DNA of 64,000 nt from Catajapyx aquilonaris. Lineage: Eukaryota. Shown in pieces: positions 1-11,623 of this stretch (position 1 is its first letter; every line of letters begins with the position of its first letter). A program made the position numbers and the translations under genes. The stretch is taken from positions 1 to 64,000 of the forward strand of contig JYFJ02001475.1 in the NCBI GenBank assembly GCA_000934665.2. Direction: 5' to 3'. The notes below the pieces were generated by a model that did not search any database, had not been told where the DNA came from, and worked only from the letters and a program-made list of their open reading frames with translations.

Positions 1-338
1 ACATGCCGCAATACCCACATAGTGACTCTTATTTGCTTCGAAAATCCACCACTTCCATACATTGCCCACGTTTTCATTGTTTACAAGGCAACTGCAGGGG
101 TCAGATGGGATGGTTTCCATCAACAAGTTTGCAGTGTTGGTTTCTGCAAATGGTGGTCATCGACTGAACACAATTTATGTAGCCAACACTTTATTTACAT
201 CTGCATGATACACACACACACATAAAAAGTCAAATCATGTTGCAACATATCTTGTCCAATCCATGTAAGTGTCAGTTTCAAGTTGAAAGGGAATTTTTAA
301 ATGTAACTGGACAATTACCATGTGTACAGTACCAAATC

Positions 339-1856
339 CTAATCCACTGCATGTGACACTTCCTGATGTTTTTCACAGATTTCTTTCCTCTTGTGATTGT
401 TTAATGCAGCAAGTGAACAATATGACTCCTGGCAATACTCACAAGTAAATGGTCTCTCAGGACCATGAAGCTTCAGGTGTCTTTCCAGTCCTTTACGATA
501 ATAAAACGATCTCTCACAAAAGTTGCATGCAAAAGGAAACTTTCCAAGGTGGACAGTCATGTGCTTAATTGCCTGCCACTTGCTAGAAAAATGCTCAGTG
601 CAATATTGGCAATAAAAAGGTTTCTCTCGAGTATGTGTCATCACATGCTTTAGTATGCCATAATGAGAAGAAAATTGTTTTTGGCAAAAGTCGCAAATAT
701 ACGGCTTTGTATGCTTCCTTCTGTGGGTGAGTAACCTTCCCTTCGTCGTGAAGGACATGCCACAAAAGTCGCAACTCCACGTCCCCAGATTATTAACAAC
801 TGGACAATGCAAATTGTGGAAAGTAATGTACTTCTCTGCAGTTTTGCACACGTTCCACAATCCATCTGCTTGGCTTCCCATGTTGTTGGTCCCAGTGGAC
901 TCCAGCGGATCATAAACTTCTTCAGGGATTTCAGGTTTTATCGTCACCATTTCTTCCCCAGATGTCTCCAGTTCATCAAGTGCATCAGAATCTAAATCCT
1001 CGTCGAATACCTCTGGGCATTCTAGCTTAATCTGCTCCCTCCCTATCTCCTCTGTTGGAATGACATCATCTTCTTCAATTTCTTCCTTGACTTTCATTTG
1101 TACACTAAAAGAAGAAGAAGCAATTTAAACATTAGGTATTCCCTTGTATCCAGAGTTTCATTATCCGAAGTTTGAAACTACTCGCATTAAAGAAATATCA
1201 AATATAAAAAATTCACCAGTATCTACTTCATGAGGTTGGGTGCAATATTTCCGTCCAGTTTACAATTCATTTTGAAAAGGTTTGCTGCATCTTCTAAATG
1301 TCTATGGACCATTACACATCATGTTTCGTTAAAAAGTATAAGTCATGAGATCAGGGCCGGCGTTAGGTGAGATGGCGCCCGGTGCCGTTTCTGCCCCCCT
1401 CCCCCCCCCCCTCCCCCTCCGAAATTTCGTAGATCCGGCACTGCTAGCACCGGCCCTGCATGAGATCCTGGGATTCTGTGAATCCCACCCATCCAGAACA
1501 ACTTCAACTCATTTTACCTTTACGTACCTCTCAAATGAAGGAAAATTTGATTGGCAACTTTGATTGTCAGTCTCGGCAGCAGGGACATCAACTTTTTCAG
1601 GGCTCTCGACTTTCATCACCTCTTCTCCTGTGCTCCCCAGTTTATGAACGTCATCAGCAATGAAATCTTCCAGACTTTCTTGCTTAATCTGCTCCATCCA
1701 ATCGTCGTCGATTGTAATGCTGTCATCTTCTTCCTTAATTTCCTCCTTGATTGTCACCACATCTGGAACTTCATCAGACTGCCTCGTGCGCCTGAAATGT
1801 CCTTTTCTTGACTTCCTCTTTCGTGAAGGTTGTATTGCCTCCTGTTCATTCGGCAT
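339..1856 (-). CDS. C2H2 zinc-finger protein (ZF gene 1), 2 coding exons 1856-1528 and 1104-339, ~364 aa, 4 C2H2 + 1 C2HC fingers
   Basis: ORFs 1509..1907 and 339..1097 join in frame through donor GAG|GTACGT (1528/1527) and acceptor TTTTAG|T (1105/1104), phase 2. CxxC-x12-HxxxH repeats with KPY/KPF/RPF linkers. Start taken as the first ATG after acceptor TTGTAG| at 1882. Confidence 0.88.
1352..1458. mobile_element. hAT-type MITE (107 bp) in intron of ZF gene 1
   Basis: Terminal inverted repeats CAGGGCCGGcGtTAG / CTAgCaCCGGCCCTG. Perfect 8-bp target-site duplication CATGAGAT at 1344-1351 and 1459-1466. Confidence 0.88.
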
Positions 1857-2005
1857 AGCCGTTCCGAAATAGGATGGTAGCCTACAAGAATAAATGATCG
1901 ATTTCATTTGCCATGGCGCTACACTTTGTACTTCAGTTGTGCATACCCTTGCCTTAATTGCAAGTTTACAACCCGTGGAGCCTGCTTTACAAGTGTTTCT
2001 ATCGA

Positions 2006-2089
2006 AGGGTTAGTCACTTGTACGGTGGACTTCAGCTGCAGGACTGTGTCTCAGTTTTATATGAAGGACTCCATAAGTGACTAACCCCT
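2006..2089. mobile_element. short MITE-like inverted-repeat element
   Basis: GGGTTAGTCACTT ... AAGTGACTAACCC inverted ends. The right end matches 20351-20376 in reverse complement at 25/26 nt. No clear TSD. Confidence 0.55.
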
Positions 2090-3394
2090 CGGTTTCCATC
2101 AGTCCTTGAGAGGCTCCCCCACACCATGCTCCCAAAGTACAGAAGGCGCCAGATGGATTACCCGACTCGCCTGAAGCTGGAATGAGAACTCAGCAGAAAG
2201 TTTCACGCTCCATTTTGGAAGGGGGGGAACTGACAGATGAAAGAGCAAAGAGGGGGAGGGGAAGAGTTGCATTTTCTAATTTTTTTATATCGAAATCTCA
2301 TAATCTAACAACCTATCACAATGGAATTATTGTTTTAAATTGACTGTACCAATTATCTTGTATGTTATCTTCGGGTGCATTCGGACTCGCGTTGTAAACT
2401 GCCAGTACCGTATACACAAGTTGAGTCCGATACGGTAGGCATCTCCAGAAGATGATGAAAAGTCAACGCGAAATTCAGATAAAACTCTTAATTATGTACA
2501 GTAATTGTAGGAGCTGTAAGTCAGGGCGGCAACTACAGAATGATTGCAAGCACTGCAATATGAAACTGCATATCGTTGGTGCGTTATTGTGCATACCTAA
2601 CGGCGGGTGAGTTTGAGCCGCAGTTTGAAACGTGAGCTGATTACACAGGCCTGCAATTAATACCTAGTACCGCTTTACTTATTAACACTTGATTTGCTTT
2701 ACAAAATAATCTTTCAAGAGTCAAACAACATTATTAGCAGCATTCCAACTTGATTTGCCATCTATAACAAGGCAGACATCCACAGACATCTTTGGACGAA
2801 TGGACATACCTTATTACTGTCAATTGAAATATTTGAAAAGGAAACATTTTGACTTAGCAGTGCCAAACACAGCATATCCGACATTTATTCCGTCAAGTAC
2901 TTTGCAGTAAGCCTTCCCCTTGACAATATAGAGCTGTTGGTCATGACACGGACAGATTAAAATAACTGCTGTACATTGATGTGGAATGGCTTGCAGGAAT
3001 TTTATTACGAGCTGGCCACGTGTCTGGCAAGCAGGATAGGCTTGTGTGTTACAGACAAATAAAGGTCATGCGCAAGCCTTCCCTGGAACTTTACAAATAT
3101 ATGGACGTATAAGCTTCATTTTCACATGGTGATAAGTCTGTTGAACACAATAAGTGAATCACAATTCAATACAACATTCATCACTAAACTGTCCCAATTC
3201 TATGCTTACTTTGAATAGTTCACTTTGAAATTGTCCATCTCGGGCCACGCACAATTACTGCATAGTGGAATGGGTTTTCAATCACACTGCGCTCTACCAC
3301 AGCTACCTAGGTCGCACGCACAATCACACCACTGAGAAGAAGAATCTTTCTAGCAACAGTCCCCGAAATGTAGAATTTTAGTGATGCAAGTGCC

Positions 3395-4911
3395 TCACCT
3401 CATGTGAGTTTCAAAATGCTTCCGGAAATTGCCACGTTGAGTAAATGATTTCTGGCAGACGTCACACATATATGGTTTCTCACCAGTATGTGTTTTTCTA
3501 TGCTCAATTAAACCGCCAGCTGCAGCAAATGACCTCTGGCAATACTCGCAAGTGTAGGGTTTCTCACCTGTATGGGTCCTCCTGTGACGTCTTAGACAAG
3601 CACGTTCAGCAAAGGACTTCTGGCAGTACTCGCAAATATAGGGTCTCTCACCTGTATGCTTTCTCTTGTGACTGATTAACATTGCTTTACGAACGAATGA
3701 CTTCTGGCAATGCTCGCAAGCATATGGTTTCTCACCAGTATGCATTCTCTTATGATGCTTTAGGGCAGTAATTGCTTTAAAAGGTTTCTGGCAATATTCA
3801 CAAATTAGTGACATCCCATTAGTGTGCATTTGCATATGTCTTTCCAAGGCTGCATAAAAGTGGAAAGATTTGTGACACGCATGGCAAGGAAATGGCTTCG
3901 GGTGTGTTCTAGTGTGCTCATCCCGGCATCTGCATGTGACAAATGATTTCTCACAAAGGAGACAAATATATGGCCCCACATCACCAACCGATGACTTTCT
4001 TGTTTCACATGACTCAGCTGTTCCTAGTGAATCTTCAGTTTTTTCAGGCATGGTGACCACAACAGCTTCTTTCATTGGCTCTTTCTGTGCTGCAGGACGG
4101 TGAAGTTTTCTGAAGGTAAAAAAGTTTTTGTGTCTTGGAATTGCCAGAGTACATTTCTTTACTGTATGCATGGTGTTCTTTTTGCTACCTTGGCATAGTT
4201 CATTACAGCTGAACAGCTCTCTTACACATACAGTATGTAAAGAAACTTTCATTTACAGGAAATGGAATGTCAGAAATAGTTAGTGGTATACTACGCTGCT
4301 ACTTTGAAGCAGTTCGTTTTGAGCAGTTCTTTCCAGTTAGTGGCTATCAATAATTTTTGTGGCTTAGTGTGGCATGTAAGTTACCTTGTTCCATCTGGCG
4401 AAAGAGAAGATCATGTGTGGAGGAGTAATTTTGGAAACATTTATACTACTTACTCCCAAAACTCAAATGATAAATGTTGGAAAACCACACTGTGTGGCAT
4501 AGTGAACAGTACTGTTACGCATTCTAGTTTATGAACAAAATCAAAACTGAATAGAAGATATGCAATGTAAGGACATGAAGTTTTGGTTAGCTGGCTTCCT
4601 ATACATTAATTTTCACTCGCATACCTATTAAATGCAGACCGAATGGACTCCCAGCATAATTTCCCAGGGGATGAAACTATGCTGTCATTGTCTGTGGGGT
4701 ATTGCGGATGTGCCGCCAGTCCTTGCTCCCGTGCAGCCACTTCCTTAAGCAAATCCTCAATTCCTGATCCTTCCAACACTTCTGGAGTCTCCTGCTTAAT
4801 CTGCATCAGCCATGGCTCTTCAGTCGTAATGCTATCGTTGTCATCATCAATTTCTTCCTTCACTACTACTTGCAAATCAGCTTCTTCCTTCACTCCCATT
4901 TGGAAAGCCAT
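3395..4911 (-). CDS. C2H2 zinc-finger protein (ZF gene 2), exons 4911-4625 and 4109-3395, ~333 aa, 7 fingers
   Basis: Donor AATAG|GTATGC (4625) and acceptor TTCAG|A (4109), both phase 2. Seven CxxC...HxxxH units, the last four preceded by canonical HTGE[K/R]PY linkers. Confidence 0.9.
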
Positions 4912-5294
4912 GATTCTGGGGAAAAAAATAAGCATCATAACATTGGATCCCAGATGTGTACGTAGTGGTCAACAAAAAATGGCTAACTCCACCAGTTATT
5001 TTCCATGCAGAGAAGAAAAGGCAAATGATTCCCACCACCCACACCCTTTTGTCTCCAAATATTAATAGGTGCTTATTCGACCACCACGAAATCACCTGGC
5101 TCTTATTCTCTCGCTTGTCCGTTTTCCGTCGGCCCTTCAGACGTCACTCAGAATACGCCGGTTCCACAGCTGCAATGACCTGCCCAACATCCGAGCCACC
5201 GATAACCGAAGAAAGGTGTCGGGAAACTCCCAAAGATTCCTGCAGCAACCGAGGCTGGAGCAGAAGGAAACAAAATATCATCGCCATTCACCAG

Positions 5295-5349
5295 GCGGCA
5301 TGTTGCTGGGCGCATTCGGATCCACGCCCTTCGAATCAATTTATCGATA
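5295..5349 (-). promoter_or_regulatory. putative core promoter of ZF gene 2 (YY1-like motif, GCATTCGGA motif, DRE TATCGATA)
   Basis: GCGGCATGTTG 5295-5305, GCATTCGGA 5312-5320 and perfect DRE TATCGATA 5342-5349, just upstream of a 5' exon ending at donor CCAG|GTGATT (~5096). Confidence 0.5.
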
Positions 5350-6427
5350 ACATCGCGACAAGAACATCGATACTTATATCATGCCATAATATTATTTAAG
5401 GCATTAAATCATTGCAGGCCATACATTATGAAGTATCGACATAAATATTCCCTCAAATTTTGTAAGGGCAGGTATACCATACGTACGAAATATAAGCAAC
5501 AACCTGTGCACTGCAATTATTTTTATTGGTAATAATCTCATCATAGATCACAATTTTTGCATGTCTTGTTGTTGTGTAGCCCACATGCTCCAGGTATTTT
5601 CTACCCACAATATTATGAACCTGAATTTGGGATGTAACATGAAAAAGTCATTCAGAACACTGCTATTGGTATACTCCCTCTTAAACCTCAACCTTTCCAA
5701 CAACTCTGAAGAATGAAAACCCGCACATCACAGAAAATGATGTGACTTATTACTGGTATGCAATAATTGGAGCAGCTTAAGTTTTCTGAAGAAGAAAAAG
5801 TTTTTGCGTCTCGAAATTGCCAGAGCAGAATTTATTCTCTACTGGTCAGTTTGCTATATCATATACAGCTCTTGTTTGCACATATCGCTACACTTCCGCC
5901 AAAAGGTCGTAACCACCAAATGGAATATTTTCCATAAGGCAGATATGACGTTTTGGTCGCGTGAAAATCTATTGTACTGGTGTATACGACTGAACAGGAA
6001 ATGCATGTTCATCCCTATGCTGGCCTGGCCAACTAGCAGTATGACCTTTTGGCAGATGATTAAGTGGCAATCAAACAGGTGTTTCCTTGTGGCAACCCAA
6101 TCCCTGGCAAAGGAACTGTACCGACATAGTTAAAACGATGCAAAACACACTCAAGTGACAAATCTGAACAGAATGGACATGTTCGGGTGCGTGTTGTAAC
6201 ATCTGGGCAAGAGTATCGATGTACCAAATACAATGCCGATATATCGATATATTTCAGGTTTTAGATTGCGGAAAGGCAGTCTGTAAATTATACATAAATT
6301 CTTCATTGCACAGGGCAGTTCATTTTATGACAATTTACATTATGGTTTTATACACCACATACTGTATATAAACATGGTTAAGAATAAGTGAACAGCAAGT
6401 GACAGCGTGTGTAGATGGTTGTGGTTG

Positions 6428-7198
6428 CTAATCAGTATGTGTTTTCTCATGTGAAATCAATGATGCTTGTTTCCTAAAAGTCTTTTGGCAAATTTCACAT
6501 GTGTAAAGTTTCTCGCCATCATGAGAACTTTCATGCAAAGCCAACTCGTCCTTGGCGCACGCCTTGTAGCAAATTTTACAGAAATAAGCCTTGTGACACA
6601 CCTTCCGTCTCTTATGCTGCGTGAAACTCCAAAGAGTCTTAAATGAGTTTTTGCATACATCACATATAAATGTTTTTGCGGTTTTGCTTATTGCAGAATG
6701 AGAATTACAAGGGGGGGATGCCCTAGCTTCACTGGGTGCACCATGCGGATCCGAAACCTTATCACTGGCAGTCACCAGTGACTTCTGATGAGAATCATTG
6801 CAAGGCTTAGCTTTAAGACATTCGAACCTCTTATGCTTTCTCAATATCCATAAATCACTAAATGACATGTGGCACGTGTAACACATAAACTTATTAGCTG
6901 CTGCTGCTGAATTGGAAGGTGCCTTGATAATCGCACAGGTAGAGTTTCCTTCCGCATTGGACGCCCCTCGGGATAACCCAAGCGGATCTACCTCGTCAGC
7001 GACAACCGGCACTGCCACTACCATTTCTTCTTCGGCTGGTTCCAACCCCACATCTTCATTAGCTGGCTCCAACTTCACATTATGAGTACCTTCCTTGGTC
7101 ATTACATCATTATCCACTACAAGTGAAGTCTCTTGTTGCGACTGTTGCATGTCCTCTGCGCAATCTTCCGCTTCCGCTTTAACGGCTATTCTGGACAT
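6428..7198 (-). CDS. C2H2/C2HC zinc-finger protein (ZF gene 3), 256 aa, 4 fingers
   Basis: ORF with CYTC..H...C, CDVC..H....C, CKIC..H...H and CEIC..H...H. Acceptor TTTTACAG lies 4 nt upstream of the ATG; a 5' UTR exon donor AAG|GTGAGC is at ~7283. Confidence 0.88.
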   Translation of the reverse strand: MSRIAVKAEAEDCAEDMQQSQQETSLVVDNDVMTKEGTHNVKLEPANEDVGLEPAEEEMVVAVPVVADEVDPLGLSRGASNAEGNSTCAIIKAPSNSAAAANKFMCYTCHMSFSDLWILRKHKRFECLKAKPCNDSHQKSLVTASDKVSDPHGAPSEARASPPCNSHSAISKTAKTFICDVCKNSFKTLWSFTQHKRRKVCHKAYFCKICYKACAKDELALHESSHDGEKLYTCEICQKTFRKQASLISHEKTHTD

Positions 7199-8728
7199 AG
7201 TTCTGTAAAATGATCATGTAACACTTGTAGGTAGATTCCATCCAACAATCTGAAGCTAGCAACACAATTAGGAGTGTGCTCACCTTATGAGACAGCCTTT
7301 GACGCTTTTGAGACACCTTCACCATCAGTTGCTCCTGTGCTCCGTTGTATTCTCCAGTTCCTTCGCCTCTTCCAGAATGTGGAGGTGTTCTGTATGCGAT
7401 CCAAGCCAATTCAGGCCAAATCGCAATGAACTGGAGTTAATTTCCAGACCGCTTCAGACAAATCAATCAAGCAGCAGAACTGCAGAAGCCACCATGATGA
7501 ATCCAGGTCTCATTCGTGCTCTTGCCCTGGAAAGTATCGCACATCGATTATTTGCCTCACTCACTCTTATTTATTTTATTTACTTACATTATCTTAACAC
7601 CACTGGAAAGTACCTCGTGTTTCATAATTAGGGCTACATTGATGTCAGTAAAAAATATGTCATAATTAATATGGCAACTCTGGGCTAATTCCCGCTAGAT
7701 GTCAGATAAAGCAAGAGGATCGTATAGGCTTGTACTGTATTTTTAAATATTAATATTCCCTGACGATGACGATGATAATGATGATGAAGACAGTAGCAGC
7801 AACAACAACAATAATGCCCCATATTATTATGACAAAATAATACAGCACGACTCATTATTGTTTTATACTTTGCTATTATTATAGTTTTATGGTACTACAA
7901 AAAAATTTACTGTCACTTTGACTACAAAACATATTACACATATTACAGGTCTCGCATGTTACATGTGCGACAGAATGAACATTTTTCATGTGCGCACGTA
8001 ATTGACTGTACCCATAAAATGTACTTGGGCAGAGTTCGCACTGGAAAGGGTCTCTCGTCCGCTCTCACATGTGTGGATCCAGGCGTGGCAAATTACATGA
8101 CTTCGTACGTAAAACTCCTTGTTGCACTAATGGCATGCAAATGTGTTCTCGTCTTATGTTTCAATGCAGCACTGGGGTCGACAAAAGTGTTTTTGGCTCA
8201 TAACGCAATATGTTTCACTAGGTCAGAATTATTAGAAAATGCTGGCTTTTAGCTGATGTCACACAAGTAATAAGGTTTCTTATTGCCAGTATGTGCTCAT
8301 TGTCCCTTGTGCCTAGCAACAAATTACTTTTGACATACGTACATCACACATCAAAGGCTTTTTGCCAGCATGCATCTTTTTATGTATGTTCAGGTTGCTT
8401 GAAGTTCTAATATTATGGCTCACCACACACTGTATATCACAGACGAAATTTTTAATCACAGCTGATAAGTGATAATGTTTTGATTGTCAATCGAGGAACT
8501 GGCAGGATCAGCACTGTACTCATTGCATTCACAGGCGGAAATCACCTCAAAGGGCTCTGCGCAATAATAGTATGCTCTTCCATAACATGGCTTAACTAAC
8601 ACTATTGCCGTCTCTTTCTTCTGAGTCCATTTCAGCTGGTTTAACCAGGGATTAAAATCCCTGGTTTAACTTTGATGCTCGGTGCTGCATTTTCCATTTC
8701 AGGCTCCTCATCCAATAACAAGAGAACC

Positions 8729-10606
8729 CAGGGCCGGATTAAGGGCAGGGCCCAAGGGGCCCGGGCCCTGGGCCACCCACCAAGAGGGGGCCTCCCACCA
8801 ATATAGGCAATAATATTTTTCTCTATGTGCAAGCATATAAACAGATATCAAGCAAATTTAGCTTTTTTAGCCATATGAAAGAACTGTCTTCAGACGAGCT
8901 TCAGGCCGCAGCAAAGCAGCTCCTCAGGTCTTATCCAGATGTCTTGGACATTACATTTATTGATGAACTGTGTCAGTTTGTAACATTTGCCAATATCTTC
9001 ACAGACGAGGAGCCAAAAGATATCAGCACTAAGCTTTTCCTGTACAGACTTATCATAGACAAGGGTGTTAGTCCGGGCCCTAAGCGTCTTAACCTTGCAT
9101 TTTGGGATAAGAATGTGCCACTTGGCACATATGTTCCTTAGGCCTATAGGAGCAATTCCAGAGTTGCAGGCAACTGATCGGCCCCTTAGGTCACGAGTTA
9201 TGCGGTGTTGCCAACATGGCCGGGGATGACCTGAGCGTTTTTAACGTTGCATTTTGTGATAAGAAGGTACCGCTTGGCACATATGTTCCCTAGGTCTGTA
9301 GGAGTCGTTTGAGAGATGGCGGCCCTTGATCGGCTCCTTAGGTCAGGAGTTATGCGGTGTTGCCAACCTGGTCCTGGACATAAGCGTTTTGAACCATTTT
9401 TAACTTTGCATTTTGGGATTTTGGCAAGCATGTTCCCCAGGCCTAGAGGTTCCATTCGAGAGTTGGTGGCACCTGATCTGCCCCTTAGATCACGAGTTAT
9501 GCGGTTATGCTTAGGTTCCGGACCAGGTTGGCAACACCGCATAACTCCTGACCTAAGGAGCGGATCAAGTGCCGCCATCTCTCAAATGGATCCTATACAC
9601 CTAGAGAACATGTCTGCCAAGTGGCACCTTCTCATCACAAAGTGCCGAGTTAAAACGCTTAGTTCCCTGATCAGGTTGGCAACACCGCATAACTCGTGAC
9701 CTAAGGGACCGATCAGTTGCCTGCAACTCTGAAATTGCTCCTATAGGCCCAAGGAACATATGTGCCAAGTGGCACCTTCTTATCCCAAAATGCAAAGATA
9801 AAAATGGTACAAAACGCTTAGGTCCAGGACCAGGTTGGCAACACCGCATAACTCCTGACCTAAGGAGCCGATCAAGGGCCTCCATCTCTAAAACGACTCC
9901 TACAAACCTAGGGAACATATGTGCCAAGCGGTACCTTCTTATCACAAAATGCAACGTTAAAAACGCTCAGGTCATCCCCGGCCATGTTGGCAACACCGCA
10001 TAACTCGTGACCTAAGGGGCCGATCAGTTGCCTGCAACTCTGGAATTGCTCCTGTAGGCCTAAGGAACATATGTGCCAAGTGGCACCTTCTTATCCCAAA
10101 ATGCAAGGTTAGGCCTGATTTTTGCGCATAGGGCCCGGACTATGTGCAGGACACTTTCCCAAACGTTGAGACAGCTCTACGTATATACCTTATTTTGATG
10201 GTATCAAACTGTAGTGGCGAGCGCTCCTTCTCAAAACTCAAATTAATTGAGAACCGATTACGGACATCCATGAAGCAGGAACGTTAGGTAAATCTGGCTA
10301 TCATGAGCATCGAGTCAGATATACTGCGTGAATTGGACTTCAGTGACATCATCAGCGACTTTGCCGCATGAAAATCGAGAAAAGTGTCTAGAGTCTCTGG
10401 ACTGTAGTGGTTATAACTCCATCCATTCTCTGACTTAAATTCAATTATTTTAACTTAATTTGGTTCCTCGAGTTATAGAACTTAATTTGGTAAGAACACC
10501 TGTTCATTATTTTCATTTCGACATATTCCCCNCCCCCCCCCCGAAACTATGGGCCTCCCACCACCAAAATGGGCCCCGGGCCACCCACATCCTTAATCCG
10601 GCGCCG
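8729..10606 (+). mobile_element. non-autonomous hAT DNA transposon with decayed C-terminal transposase (hAT dimerisation domain)
   Basis: TIRs CAGGGCCGGATTAAG / CTTAATCCGGCGCCG. 8-bp TSD AGAGAACC at 8721-8728 and 10607-10614. Transposase remnant ...LIIDKGV|QDTFPNVETALRIYLILMVSNCSGERSFSKLKLIENRLRTSMKQER*VNLAIMSIE with in-frame stops. Confidence 0.93.
9069..10142. mobile_element. foldback non-autonomous DNA element nested in the hAT transposase (TAG termini, 3-bp TSD; Academ-like)
   Basis: TIRs TAGTCCGGGCCCTAaGCG / CGCaTAGGGCCCGGACTA. TSD TGT at 9066-9068 and 10143-10145; its removal restores K-G-V-Q-D. Arms are long inverted repeats built from ~150-bp subunits containing TTATGCGGTGTTGCCAAC. 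The superfamily assignment is inference. Confidence 0.85.
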
Positions 10607-10874
10607 AGAGAACCTCTTGCTTTAACAGAACCATACGCAGGTCATCCACAGCCATGTGATATTTTGCCACTTTGCTCCCCACTGCTCTCAGACGCATGGT
10701 TTTGTAGGAGGGCAAAAACTACAATAAGGTAAAAATGTATTTTGAAATAATGAAACCCTATAAATATATTGCTAAATTCAAGTTTGAGCATACGCTAGAC
10801 ATGTCTCTCTGCAATTTCCCAACACTTTCGGTACAATTCGGACCATTAGGTTAATAATATTGTTTTATTCATTA

Positions 10875-11132
10875 CTAGCAGCGGAACCTGTTCTTCGCAC
10901 GACCTGTTGCCGCAACAACAACAAGGGGTAGATCACTCAGCTGTTGAGCATACAATGGACTTGTAAAAAAGCCGGACTTCAGCCCAGACTTGGGGCCTTA
11001 TGCCGCTCAATAACGGGACTTGATGACGAGTGATTTACCCCTTGGTTGCCAAGGAAAAGAGGTTGCATGACAACAGGTTGCCATATGGTAACCAAATCTG
11101 GACAAACAAACAAACAACCTCTGACTTAGAGA
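10875..11132 (-). mobile_element. non-autonomous Helitron-like element
   Basis: On the minus strand it starts TC after an A, has a (GTTT)n run near the 5' end and a GC-rich CGTGCGAAG motif near the 3' end, and ends CTAG before a T. Confidence 0.6.
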
Positions 11133-11623
11133 TTATTTTCATGACACAATTTGTATTCTGTATTCTGCTAAACCAGCAGCCGCATCAGTCCAAATGGAGA
11201 TTACGGGGTCATTGAGAATTGCACTACAGAAACACTATGGTATCAATCCTCTCAGCATATTATTGCTCCCCATTAATTTTTGCGATCTAATTTGTGAACG
11301 TCAACGCAATTCAAATTTAAAAAACCCAAACGGATGTTCGATTAATCGGACGCCATCTTGGGGGGGAGGGGGGGGGGCTCATTCCGGTGGCTGGCATGAT
11401 GACGGTAGTGCGAATATACGGTAGGCTTGCACGAGACGCGATCGAGACGCGGTCCAATCGCGACCGGGACGCGATCGAGACGCGATTATGTCTGGTTTCG
11501 ATTCTGAACGCGCTCGATATGGTCCCGATTTAAACGCGTCTCGACCCAGTTTCGACCGCGTCTCGACCGCGTCCGAGACGCATGCGCCTGTTGGCACCCG
11601 TGTCTCTAGACGACGGGGAAAAG

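Larger units (their letters stand above)
7943..10655 (-). pseudogene. zinc-finger pseudogene (ZF gene 4) interrupted by a hAT element
   Basis: Removing the 8729-10606 insertion and one TSD copy restores MAVDDLRMVLLKQEVLLLLDEEPEMENAAPSIKVKP. Degenerate fingers with stops and frameshifts at ~7945-8450 (HKKMHAGKKPLMCDV, HTGNKKPYYLCDI, FACH*CNKEF..H..IHT, QCELCPSTF..LRAHMK). Confidence 0.8.

Noticed and set aside
9198..9954. ORFs of 117-127 aa on both strands with repeated LRSGVMRCCQPGPG
   Set aside because: Translations of the modular inverted arms of the foldback element; no splice or domain support.
9069..10142. CRISPR-like periodic repeats
   Set aside because: Eukaryotic context, intervening sequences are themselves homologous, orientation flips mid-way, and there are no cas genes.
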